Below, one piece after another: positions 8,721-17,699 of a DNA stretch of 37,870 bases; the stretch's first letter is position 1, and each line of letters begins with the position of its first letter. A model generated the notes under the pieces. The model did not search any database and was not told the DNA's origin. It worked only from the letters and a program-made list of their open reading frames with translations. A program made the translations under genes and the position numbers. Location: the NCBI GenBank assembly GCA_044222475.1, contig JBGANF010000077.1:1-37870 (forward strand). The letters run 5' to 3'. Source of the DNA: Polyangiaceae bacterium (GTDB taxonomy: Bacteria > Myxococcota_A > Polyangia > Polyangiales > Polyangiaceae).

Positions 8721-10071
8721 GCCGCGAGTAGAGGTGCGACCAGGGCATCGCTTGCTCGAGCTGACGACAGAGCGCGAGGAGGGCGCGGTCTTGCCCGAGT
8801 CGCCCGACGACGTGCGCTCCCATCGGTAGCCCCGCGCGAGAGAGTCCCATCGGGACGCTCGCCGCGGGCTGGCCGGTGACGTTGAAGATCGCGGTGAGGT
8901 ATCCGAGCGGGGCGACCGCATCGAACGTGTCGCGCGGGCTGGGACGAAGCAGGCTCCCGATTTCGGGCGCGAGGATCGGCGTCGTGGGCGAGAGCCACAC
9001 GTCGACGTCGCCGAACCAGGCTTTGGTGCGCCCGCCGAAGTAGGTGAAGGCGCGGTGTACCTCGGCCTCGGTCGTGGTGCGACCCGCGTCGCGGAGCCAC
9101 TTCGTCATCGGTTGGAGCTTCTTCGGCAGGAGCACCGGAGCGCGCGCCGCGAGGGAGCGCCAGAGCGGGAGGAAGTCGTCGACCGTGCCGTCGTACCAAG
9201 CGCCCTCTTCGACGTGGTGCCCGAGGTCCTGCAGCACCTTCGCGACGCGCACGACTCCGGCGGCGATGTCCGGATCGCTCTTCAGGAGGGGCGAGCTCGT
9301 CGCGAACTTGATCCGAAGGCGCCGCGGCGGTCGGTCGAGCCCGCGAAGAAGCGAGGGGCCGCGATGATCGCGGAGCTCATCGAGCATGGCCGCCGCGTCT
9401 CCGACGGTCTTCGCGAGCGGACCACAGACCGCGAGCTCGAGAGGGTCGACCGCGCGGTGCGGGTTCACGAGCGCACCGCGAGAAGCCTTGAAGCCGAAGA
9501 GGAGGTTCAGCGCTGCCGGGATGCGGATCGAACCGGCGCCATCCGAGCCTTCCCCGATCGGCAGCATGCCGGACGCCACGGCCGCGCCCGCGCCGCCGCT
9601 GGATCCGCCGGCGGTGAGCCGCCGATCCCACGGGTTGCGCGTCGGGGGGTGAATGTCGGGCTCGGTGATCGGCGACATGCCGAGCTCGCTCGTCGCGGTC
9701 TTTCCGATGAACACGGTGCCAGCGGCGCGAAGGCGGGCGGCGAGCGGATCGTCGACCGGCGCGACGAGGTAGCGGAACGCCCGCGAGCCGAGACGCGTGA
9801 ACGTCCCGCGGACGAGGTGGAGATCCTTGATCCCGATGGGGACGCCCCACAAGGCGGAGTGTGCGGCGCGTCCGCGCGTCGGGCGCGCGGCGTCGATCCG
9901 GCGCGCCATCCGTATGGCGAGCGCCTCCGTGATCGACGCGAACGCTGCGAGGCCGGGGTTCGAGCGATGGGTTCGCTCGAGGAAGAAGCGCGTCGCCTCT
10001 TCGCTCGACACGTCTCGGCGGCGCACGAGGCGCGAGATCTCGACGGCAGAGAGGTCACCGAGCTCGTTCAC
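8698..10071 (-). CDS. Amidase-signature family enzyme
   Basis: GVPIGIKDL (catalytic Lys), [23 protein letters not shown]; start estimated at GTG 10071. Confidence 0.92.
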   Translation of the reverse strand: MNELGDLSAVEISRLVRRRDVSSEEATRFFLERTHRSNPGLAAFASITEALAIRMARRIDAARPTRGRAAHSALWGVPIGIKDLHLVRGTFTRLGSRAFRYLVAPVDDPLAARLRAAGTVFIGKTATSELGMSPITEPDIHPPTRNPWDRRLTAGGSSGGAGAAVASGMLPIGEGSDGAGSIRIPAALNLLFGFKASRGALVNPHRAVDPLELAVCGPLAKTVGDAAAMLDELRDHRGPSLLRGLDRPPRRLRIKFATSSPLLKSDPDIAAGVVRVAKVLQDLGHHVEEGAWYDGTVDDFLPLWRSLAARAPVLLPKKLQPMTKWLRDAGRTTTEAEVHRAFTYFGGRTKAWFGDVDVWLSPTTPILAPEIGSLLRPSPRDTFDAVAPLGYLTAIFNVTGQPAASVPMGLSRAGLPMGAHVVGRLGQDRALLALCRQLEQAMPWSHLYSRLTPDRTR

Positions 10072-10130
10072 GGCGCCGGAACATAGCGAAGGAACTTGCT
10101 CGATGCACGCGGCGATGGGATCCTCCCGGC

Positions 10131-11297
10131 ATGCGTCGATTCGTGGTCGCGGCGGCCGTGCTCGCATCGTTCTCGGTCGTCGTGGGTGCTTGCGCCACCG
10201 GCCTCGTTGCCACCGTGCCGGGTGGAGACGCCAGCGTCGAGGGCGGGAGCGAGGCATCGGCGTGCCCGGAGTTCGATCTCCAGACCGATCCGAAGCACTG
10301 CGGGACGTGCACGAACGCGTGCAGCTCGGGTCAGCTCTGCACACTGGGCAAGTGCAAGGCCCAGTGCGACAGCCCGACCGTGAAATGCAACGGCGACGCG
10401 GGCCCACTCTGCATCAACGTCGCCGGCGACCCGAAGAACTGCGGCCAGTGCGGCACGGTGTGTCCGACCGCCGACGCGGGATCGTTGCCGCAAGGCACCG
10501 GCAACGACTCCGGTCTGCCCCCCGACGCCGGCTACGACGGTGGAACCGGCTGGGTCCTCGGAACCCCCACGTGCTCCAACAGCACGTGCAGCACGTCGTG
10601 CCCGAGCGGGACGACGATCTGCTCGGACAACATCTGCTACGACGTCCAGAATCACCACGATCACTGCGGCTCGTGCACGACGGCGTGCGCATCGGGGGAG
10701 TGGTGCACGTCGGGCAAGTGTTGCCAACCGGGACAGATCGTCTGCAACAACGCTTGCACCGACGTCCTCACGAGCGCGGCCAACTGCGGCAAGTGCGGCA
10801 ACGTCTGCAGCGGAGGAACCCCGTTCTGCAACAACGGCACGTGCACGATCGGGTGCAACCCGTCCGGCACGCGCCAGCCGTTCAACACCTTCGTCTCCGC
10901 GACGACGACCGGATGCTGGAACACGGGCAACCCGTGCGGACAGGACACCTCGACCTTCAGCCAGACGTACGGCCGCAACTTCCAGGCGAACGGGCAGGAG
11001 GTCGTGTGCGGAGGGGTGACCGCGTGCGTCGGTCACGTCGGCATCGGCACGTACACGGGAAGCACCACCGTGTGTCAAGGCGCGTGGGACGTGTACTGCA
11101 ACAACACGAAGGTGGGGACGATCAACACCGTCGGGAAGACGTGCGGCGGGACGGCGATGACGAACGGTTGCAGCATCGCGTTCACTCCCGCGTCGTGCAG
11201 CACGATCAAGCTCGTCGCGTCCGCCGGCAATGGAGGCTTGGGGTGCTGCGGTGGCGCGATGCCCGACTCGATGATCGTCGCCGTCAGCGCGTGGTGA
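10131..11297 (+). CDS. Cys-rich repeat lipoprotein (myxobacterial DxxNCGxCGxxC repeats)
   Basis: Signal peptide with VGAC lipobox; four D/H-x2-(N/H)CGxC repeats; distinct Cys-containing C-terminal domain. Confidence 0.85.
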   Translation: MRRFVVAAAVLASFSVVVGACATGLVATVPGGDASVEGGSEASACPEFDLQTDPKHCGTCTNACSSGQLCTLGKCKAQCDSPTVKCNGDAGPLCINVAGDPKNCGQCGTVCPTADAGSLPQGTGNDSGLPPDAGYDGGTGWVLGTPTCSNSTCSTSCPSGTTICSDNICYDVQNHHDHCGSCTTACASGEWCTSGKCCQPGQIVCNNACTDVLTSAANCGKCGNVCSGGTPFCNNGTCTIGCNPSGTRQPFNTFVSATTTGCWNTGNPCGQDTSTFSQTYGRNFQANGQEVVCGGVTACVGHVGIGTYTGSTTVCQGAWDVYCNNTKVGTINTVGKTCGGTAMTNGCSIAFTPASCSTIKLVASAGNGGLGCCGGAMPDSMIVAVSAW

Positions 11298-11389
11298 ACC
11301 GCGCACCGTGTGGTCGTACGTAGTCAAGCTCCACGCAATTCCGCGTGCTCGATGCGATCGAGCGCAGCGCGAAGCGCTATGATCAGGGC

Positions 11390-13582
11390 GTGAGGGTCAC
11401 CCAGAGCGGGATGGTACGGGTCCAGCGGCCCAGCGTGTTTCTCCGGCCGGAGAGCTCGCGATTCCTCGGTCGCGCGGTCGAGCTCGCGCGCTTGGACCGT
11501 CCTTTGCGGGAGGGAAAGCCGATCGCGATCGTCGGCGAGGCGGGCATCGGCAAGACGAGGCTCGCGCTCCGCTATGGAGTCAGCCACCACGCGAAGTTCG
11601 CCGGCGTCTGGTTCTGCGACATGAGCGCCGCGCGCGACGTGGAAGAGATGATCGAGCTCGTGCGCAGGCGCATCGCCGGAGCCGAGGCGCAACAGGCACC
11701 CGGCTCGGAGCGCGCTCTCGAGCGTGCGCTCGCTGCGCGAGGTGGGGCGCTGCTCATCATCGACAACCTCGAGCACCTCCTTCCGCGCGCCGCCGAGGTG
11801 GTGCGTGGCTGGCTCGGCGCTGCACCGGAGGTGAAGATCATCGTCACGAGCCGCGTGCCCCTCGGCATCGGCGAAGAGGTGATCGAGCTCGGCGCCCTCG
11901 AGCTTCCGCGGCCCGGTCACGCGGCGAGCGACGCGGTCGATCTCTTCATCGATCGCGTGCGCACTCACCGCGGCAGCTACGCACCCGAGCCCGGCGAGCT
12001 GCGAGAGATCGCCGCAATCGTCGAGAAGCTGAACGGCGTCCCGCTCGCGATCGAGCTCGCAGCCGCGCGCCTCGACGGCGATCGCTCGCTCGCGTCGCTC
12101 GCCCTCGATCTCGGGGGCGACGAGAGCGCGGTCGATCGCGCGTTCGACCTGCTCGCACCGGAGGAGCGAGCAGCGCTCTGCCAGGTGTCTGTGTTCCGAG
12201 GCAGCTTCGGGCTGGCAGCGGCCGCCCGCGTCGTCGTGATCCCGGGCGCGCGCATCGACGAGGTCGTGACGAACCTCGCGCGCAAGAGCCTGCTCCAAGT
12301 CGAGCGCCATGATCCGCTGCGCTTCTCGATGAGCGAGAGCGTACGCTCGCACGCCGCGGCGCAGCTCTCCCCTGCCGAGGCCGACGCGATCGGGGCCCGT
12401 CACGCGACGCTCTTCATCGAGCGCGCCGAGGCGATCTCCGCTGCGCAAGGCCCGCAGCCGACCGACGCCGAAGAACGCGCCGATCTCGTCGCCGCGATGG
12501 CGTTCGCCGCCCGCCAGAAGCAGCCGCACCACGTGCTGCGCGTCGCTCTAGCGCTCGATGCGCTCGCGCGCGGCGGCGGGCTCGGGCGCGCCGAGCTCAC
12601 CCACCTCGACGACGCGCTCGGGGCGGGAGCCACGCGCGACCTCGGCCTCGTCGGGCGCGCGCTCGGAGTCCGCGCGGGAGCACTCTACGCGCTCGGTCGA
12701 CTCGACGAAGCCAAACGCGACGCGGAGATGGCCGTTCGCCTCGCGACCGAGGTGGGCGACGTGCGGCAAGTCGGAGCGATGAGCAAGATCGTCGGCGAGG
12801 CCGCGTTCCAGCTCGGCGACTTCTCGACGGCCGTCACGAGCCTCGAACGCGCGCTCGCGATCGCCAAGGAAGTCGACGACGATCGGATCGGCGCGGCCGC
12901 CCATTACCTCTTGGGCTCCCTCCACCAATCGCGCGGCGATCGCCAGCGCGCACGGCTCGAGTTCGGCATGTCGCTCGCGATCGCCGTGCGCTCCCGCGAT
13001 GCGGCGAGCGAGGCCCGCGCCGAGCTCGGTCTCGCATGGGAGCACCTCGACCTCGGCGATCACGCCTCCGCCCGCGCCCGCTACGACCGCGCGATCGACC
13101 TCGCGATGCCCCTCGGCCTCGATCGAACCGTGCGCATCGCGACCGGATACCTCGGGATCATGCACTTCGACGCCGGCGCTCTCGCCGAAGCCGACTCGCA
13201 CCTCGCGCGCGCCGCGTACGACTGCAAACGCGCCGGCGACGTGCGGGTCGAAGGCGTGTTCGTCGGCGTTCGCGGTGCGGTGCTCGCCGCGCTCGGCCGC
13301 ATCGAAGAGGCGAGGCGATCGTTCGCGCTCGCGGAGGAGCTACTCGCGAAGAGCGAGTTCTACGCCGGCGTGATCGCGCTCCACCGCGGTCACCTCGAGA
13401 TCGCGGAGGCTCGCGCTGCCGCGCGGCGTGGCGACGAGGCCACCGCGACGTCTCTGCTCGCGGCGGTTCGCGCGCGGATCGAGGACGCTCGTCAGCCCGG
13501 TCCGGACGGCGAGTCGTTCGTCCAGCGATCCGACGACGCTCGACTCGCCGTTCGAATCCTCGAGCGAAGCCTCGGCCTCTGA
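11390..13582 (+). CDS. STAND-like (NB-ARC-type) ATPase with C-terminal TPR-like repeats
   Basis: Walker A GEAGIGKT, Walker B LLIIDNLE, VTSR, LNGVPLAIELAAAR (GxP), helical repeats; start GTG 11390 (or ATG 11411). Confidence 0.85.
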   Translation: MRVTQSGMVRVQRPSVFLRPESSRFLGRAVELARLDRPLREGKPIAIVGEAGIGKTRLALRYGVSHHAKFAGVWFCDMSAARDVEEMIELVRRRIAGAEAQQAPGSERALERALAARGGALLIIDNLEHLLPRAAEVVRGWLGAAPEVKIIVTSRVPLGIGEEVIELGALELPRPGHAASDAVDLFIDRVRTHRGSYAPEPGELREIAAIVEKLNGVPLAIELAAARLDGDRSLASLALDLGGDESAVDRAFDLLAPEERAALCQVSVFRGSFGLAAAARVVVIPGARIDEVVTNLARKSLLQVERHDPLRFSMSESVRSHAAAQLSPAEADAIGARHATLFIERAEAISAAQGPQPTDAEERADLVAAMAFAARQKQPHHVLRVALALDALARGGGLGRAELTHLDDALGAGATRDLGLVGRALGVRAGALYALGRLDEAKRDAEMAVRLATEVGDVRQVGAMSKIVGEAAFQLGDFSTAVTSLERALAIAKEVDDDRIGAAAHYLLGSLHQSRGDRQRARLEFGMSLAIAVRSRDAASEARAELGLAWEHLDLGDHASARARYDRAIDLAMPLGLDRTVRIATGYLGIMHFDAGALAEADSHLARAAYDCKRAGDVRVEGVFVGVRGAVLAALGRIEEARRSFALAEELLAKSEFYAGVIALHRGHLEIAEARAAARRGDEATATSLLAAVRARIEDARQPGPDGESFVQRSDDARLAVRILERSLGL

Positions 13583-13586
13583 CCGG

Positions 13587-14009
13587 TTAGGGGTGGACCT
13601 TCGCGGCGGCCTGGCGCGCGAGCACTGCGGCCGCCTTCGCGATCGCAGCGGAGGCTTCGGCCTCCGACACGGGCTTCGGAATTCGAACCGTGACGGAGCT
13701 CGCGGCGAGGATCGCTCCACTCGACGAGAGGACCGTGGCGTGGAGCTCGGCGCGGACGGCCGAAGGTTCGTCCTCGGTGGGATCGAGCGCCAGCGCGAGG
13801 CTGAAGGCTCGACCGCACGCGCGCTCGGCGAGAAGTGCATCGTGCACGGCGGTCGTCGCGCGAGGTTCGAGGGCGCCGGTGGACCAGCTGCTCCGATTCC
13901 CCAACGTGACCGCGACCGCGCAACGCGGAGCGGCCCCAGCGGACTTGGGTGGAGTGCCTTCGCCACCGCACGCGACGGCGAGCACAGCCAGGAAGATCCA
14001 ACGTGCCAT
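13587..14009 (-). CDS. Hypothetical lipoprotein
   Basis: MARWIFLAVLAVACGG lipobox; fills the gap between neighbours; TACCAT box 6 nt upstream. Confidence 0.7.
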   Translation of the reverse strand: MARWIFLAVLAVACGGEGTPPKSAGAAPRCAVAVTLGNRSSWSTGALEPRATTAVHDALLAERACGRAFSLALALDPTEDEPSAVRAELHATVLSSSGAILAASSVTVRIPKPVSEAEASAAIAKAAAVLARQAAAKVHP

Positions 14010-14038
14010 CGACCGATGGTACCCTCGCGCCAACCGCG

Positions 14039-14782
14039 ATGGCGACCGTACTCGTTCCTCTCCCGGACGTGGATTTCGACACCACCGAGGTCGCCGTTCC
14101 GTGGAAGCTGCTCCGTGACGCCGGGCACGACGTCGTCTTCGCGACCGAAAAGGGCGGCGCGAAGCCGGCGTGCGATCCGCTCATCCTCACCGGCGTGATC
14201 TTCGGGAAGCTCGGCGCGGAGGACGAGCCGAAGCGCTTCTACGAGGAGCTCCTCTCGGACGCGAACTATGGTGCGCCGCTGTCGTGGGCGTCGCTCGACC
14301 CGAGCCGTTTCGACGCACTCCTCCTTCCCGGCGGCCACGCCCCTGGGATGCGCCAGTACCTCGGGAGCGCCGCCCTGCACGCGCAGATCGCCGCGTTCTG
14401 GAAGCTCGGGCGGCCGGTCGCGGCCATCTGTCACGGAGTGCTCCCGCTCGCGCGATCGATCGATGCGACGACCGGGAAGAGCGTTCTGCACGGCAAGAAG
14501 ACGACGTGCCTTCCGAAGTACATGGAGCGGCTCGCGTACTTCAGCACCGCGTGGAAGCTCGGACGTTACTACCGCACCTACGATGCGTACGTGGAGGACG
14601 AGGTGCGCGCCGCGCTCGCGTCGAGCGAGGACTTCGTCCGCGGCCCCGTCACGTTGAGCGCGCGCGGAACCCGGACGGACGATTCGCCCGCGTTCGTGGT
14701 GGAGGACGGCGGCTACGTGTCGGCGCGCTGGCCGGGTGACGCTTACCTCTTCGCGAAGAAGCTCATCGAACGACTGACTTGA
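14039..14782 (+). CDS. DJ-1/PfpI (type 1 glutamine amidotransferase-like) protein
   Basis: DFDTTEVAVPW, LLLPGGHAPG, nucleophile elbow AAICHG, SARWPGD. Confidence 0.9.
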   Translation: MATVLVPLPDVDFDTTEVAVPWKLLRDAGHDVVFATEKGGAKPACDPLILTGVIFGKLGAEDEPKRFYEELLSDANYGAPLSWASLDPSRFDALLLPGGHAPGMRQYLGSAALHAQIAAFWKLGRPVAAICHGVLPLARSIDATTGKSVLHGKKTTCLPKYMERLAYFSTAWKLGRYYRTYDAYVEDEVRAALASSEDFVRGPVTLSARGTRTDDSPAFVVEDGGYVSARWPGDAYLFAKKLIERLT

Positions 14783-17120
14783 TGTCGCTCGTGCGAAAGC
14801 GGCGGCCGACGAGCTGCGACACGATCGCGGTGGAGCGCTCGAGCACGCGCGGACGGAGCGCGATGAAGGCCGGGTCGTCTCTGAGCTCGTCGAGGACGCG
14901 ACAGTGGTCGAACCAGAGGAGGTCGAAGAGCCCCGCTTCGACGGCGAGTCGGAGGGACGTGAGCGCCGACTCCTTGTCGTGAACGACGGCGAACATCTCC
15001 GTCTGGAGCTGGCGAAAGAACGAACGCATGCGCGGGGTCAGATCGTCGGAGGCGCGCGACTCGATGAACGCGCGGACCATGTCGGGAAGGACGCCGCTGA
15101 TCACCACGCTTCCCAAGCCCCGAACGATGGACTGGAACGCGAAGGGCGACGCGGCGTCCATCAGCTCGATGATGCGCGCGCAGTTGTCCTTGTTCCGTGT
15201 CCAGCTCGCGAACCGCATCCGCGACATCCAATAGAGGTTGGCGTCGTCGGGATCGGTCGGGAGGACGGCGAAGACGCGCTCGACGTGATCCCACTCGCCG
15301 ATGAGAGCCTGGACCCTCGCCTTGACGTAGCGGAGGTTCGACAGCCTCGGCTCGAGGTGCATGGTGTGCTCGGCCTGCAGCACGGCGTCGATCGGGGCGT
15401 GAGTCTCGCTGAGGAGTCGCGACGCCTGCTCATGAGCGTCGACGAGGAGCGGCGAGATCTCGAGGGCGCGATGGACGAGCCGCGCCGCCTCGGCGACGTC
15501 GTTGTGCTGCATCGCGACCGAGGCGAGCGCGCTGTGCGCTTCCGCCGATTCGGGTGCGAGCTCCAGGGCGCGCATCGCGAGGCTCTTCGCCATCGCGACT
15601 TGATCCTCGCCGACCTGACCGATGGCGAGTCGGCGCGCGAGGGCGAGCGAATAGCCGGAGAGGATCACCGGATCGTCTGGAGCGAGCTCGTGCGCTTGCT
15701 TGAGGAGGCCGACGGCGCGCTCGACGGCATCGGACCAGAGGCGGAAGAACTCGTGTCGGCCCCGAAGGTAGAGGTCGAGCGCCTTGGGATCGACGACCTT
15801 CGTTCGTTCGGGAGCGTGCGCGACGGTGAGCGCGTCCGCGATCGCGCGCGCGACCTCGTCACCGATGGTGAGGATGTCGGCGCGCGCGCCATCGAAGCGA
15901 CGCGCCCAGAGTTGGAACCCGTCGGCGACGGACAGCACACGCGCAGTGACGCGAAGAGAATCACCCACGGTGCGGACGTTGCCGTCGACGACGACTTGAA
16001 CGTCGAGATCGCGACCGATGGATCGTGGGTCGCCTTCGCGTCGCCCCATGACGACGCCGCGCGGTCGAACCCGCAGGCCCGGCGTCATCGAGAGCGAGTC
16101 GATGAGGTCGTCGGTCAGGCCGTCGGCGAGGTACTCGTCCTCCGCCGGTCCGCCGTTGCGAAATGGGATGACGGCGACCGTTTTCTGACCGGGCTCGGTC
16201 TTTTGCGCTGGCGGAGCGACGCGAATCGAACGCGAGATCGACTCGGCGTCGGCCGGCAAGGTCACGTTGACGAAGCGCGTCGCGACCTCGGCGGCGGACG
16301 AGGGTCGATCCTCTCGATTGCGCGACATGCAGCGCATCACGAGCTCGGCGACGCCGGACGGGATCTCGGGGCGGAACTTTCGCGGATCGGGGGGCGGCTG
16401 GATGAGCCGCATGGCGGCCACGGCGTAGACGGTCTCGCCTTCCCACGGCAGACGTCCGGTCAGCATCTCGAAGAGGACCGCGCCGAGAGCGTAGACGTCG
16501 GCGCGCTCGTCGACGGCGCTCGCCTCGACTTGCTCGGGCGCCATGTACGCCGGCGTTCCGAGCGGGATTTGAGTGCGTTGCGCGTCGGCCCCGTCGGTCG
16601 CGCGGGCGATCCCGAAGTCGGTGAGGACGACTCGGCCGTCCTTGGCGAGCATCACGTTGTCGGGCTTGAAGTCACGGTGGACGACGCCCACCGCGTGGGC
16701 GGCACCGAGGCCTTCGCAGATTGGACCGACGAGATCGGCGACGCGGGCCAAGCTCAACTTTCCTTCGCGCGCGAGGACGGTCGACAACGCCTCGCCGTCG
16801 ACGAGCTCCATCGTGAGGAACCGTTCGCCCTCGTGTTCGCCGAGATCGAACGTGCGGGCGACGTTCTTGTGCGTCACCTTGCGCGCGAGCTTCACCTCTC
16901 GGCGAAAGCGCTCGAGGAGCTGGGGAGACGCCAGCTCGCGCTTGAGCATCTTGAGCGCGACGATGTCGTCGAGCTCGGTGTCGCGCACGCGATAGACGGC
17001 GCCCATGCCTCCGACGCCGAGAAGACCGAGGACTTCGTAGCGATTGGCGATCTTCGCCTTCGCTTCGAGGTTCGAAGTCGGTTCGCTGGCTGCGGCGAGG
17101 GTGCTGCGCTCTCCGCTCAT
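14763..17120 (-). CDS. Cytoplasmic Ser/Thr kinase with TolB-N-like and TPR-like domains
   Basis: GVGGMG, HRDFKPDN, DFG, GTPAYMAPE; VAVIPF..YLADGLTDDLIDSL; A.DLYLRGR; no TM helix evident. Confidence 0.92.
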   Translation of the reverse strand: MSGERSTLAAASEPTSNLEAKAKIANRYEVLGLLGVGGMGAVYRVRDTELDDIVALKMLKRELASPQLLERFRREVKLARKVTHKNVARTFDLGEHEGERFLTMELVDGEALSTVLAREGKLSLARVADLVGPICEGLGAAHAVGVVHRDFKPDNVMLAKDGRVVLTDFGIARATDGADAQRTQIPLGTPAYMAPEQVEASAVDERADVYALGAVLFEMLTGRLPWEGETVYAVAAMRLIQPPPDPRKFRPEIPSGVAELVMRCMSRNREDRPSSAAEVATRFVNVTLPADAESISRSIRVAPPAQKTEPGQKTVAVIPFRNGGPAEDEYLADGLTDDLIDSLSMTPGLRVRPRGVVMGRREGDPRSIGRDLDVQVVVDGNVRTVGDSLRVTARVLSVADGFQLWARRFDGARADILTIGDEVARAIADALTVAHAPERTKVVDPKALDLYLRGRHEFFRLWSDAVERAVGLLKQAHELAPDDPVILSGYSLALARRLAIGQVGEDQVAMAKSLAMRALELAPESAEAHSALASVAMQHNDVAEAARLVHRALEISPLLVDAHEQASRLLSETHAPIDAVLQAEHTMHLEPRLSNLRYVKARVQALIGEWDHVERVFAVLPTDPDDANLYWMSRMRFASWTRNKDNCARIIELMDAASPFAFQSIVRGLGSVVISGVLPDMVRAFIESRASDDLTPRMRSFFRQLQTEMFAVVHDKESALTSLRLAVEAGLFDLLWFDHCRVLDELRDDPAFIALRPRVLERSTAIVSQLVGRRFRTSDIKSVVR

Positions 17121-17121
17121 G

Positions 17122-17598
17122 TCAGCTGAAGGGATCCTTCCCACCCTTTTCGACGCATTTCACGCGGAGTGTCTCGGCTTCGTTCGTGCGTCCGAGCTGA
17201 CGCATGAGCTTGGCAGCTTGGCACTCCTGAGGATCGGTGCCCGGTGGGGTGGGAAGTCCGGTGGGGATTCCGGTCGGCGCGCCGGTCGGAAGCCCGGTGG
17301 GCGCTCCGGTCGGCAGCGTGGCGACCCCGGTCCCAGCCGTCGCTGCGTCCGGCTTCGCTCCGGCGTCTCCGGTTTTGGGTGCGAGCGGCATGGGGGCGGC
17401 GACGCGCCCCGAAGACAGCGTCGCGAGCGGCTCGACCGGATCGGGCGTGGTCGCGGTGGGTGCGGACGTGGTGGTCGTCGCGGTCGTGGCTGCGACGGTT
17501 GCTCCGCTGTCCGGGATCAGGACGTCGACTTGGCGTTTGCATCCCGCGATCGCGACCGTGATCGCGAGCGGCGCGAGGAGCGAGCGGAGCGAGATCAC
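17122..17598 (-). CDS. Lipoprotein with Thr/Pro-rich linker and C-terminal motif shared with the upstream kinase
   Basis: GTG 17598 overlaps kinase TGA; MISLRSLLAPLAITVAIAGC lipobox; xPTG repeats; ends ECQAAKLMRQLGRTNEAETLRVKCVEKGGKDPFS. Confidence 0.85.
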   Translation of the reverse strand: MISLRSLLAPLAITVAIAGCKRQVDVLIPDSGATVAATTATTTTSAPTATTPDPVEPLATLSSGRVAAPMPLAPKTGDAGAKPDAATAGTGVATLPTGAPTGLPTGAPTGIPTGLPTPPGTDPQECQAAKLMRQLGRTNEAETLRVKCVEKGGKDPFS

Positions 17599-17699
17599 GA
17601 GAACGGATCCTTCCCGCCCTTCTCGACGCACTTCACGCGAAGCGTCTCGGCTTCGTTCGTTCGACCGAGCTTGCGCATGAGCTTCGCCGCCTCGCACTC
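17122..17699 (-). repeat. Diverged 105-nt direct repeat (17122-17226 and 17595-17699) encoding near-identical C-termini
   Basis: Hand codon comparison: 32/34 aa identical; 12 synonymous and 2 non-synonymous codon differences. Confidence 0.95.

Noticed and set aside
11298..11389. Small hairpins (e.g. GCTCGAT-GCG-ATCGAGC) as an ncRNA or terminator
   Set aside because: Short stems built from tetramers common in this DNA; no U-tract or family resemblance
6080..17320. Short tandem repeats (18-bp DVITPV units near 6080; 12-bp xPTG units near 17250-17320) as CRISPR or contingency loci
   Set aside because: In-frame, degenerate, no spacers or cas genes; ordinary linker repeats
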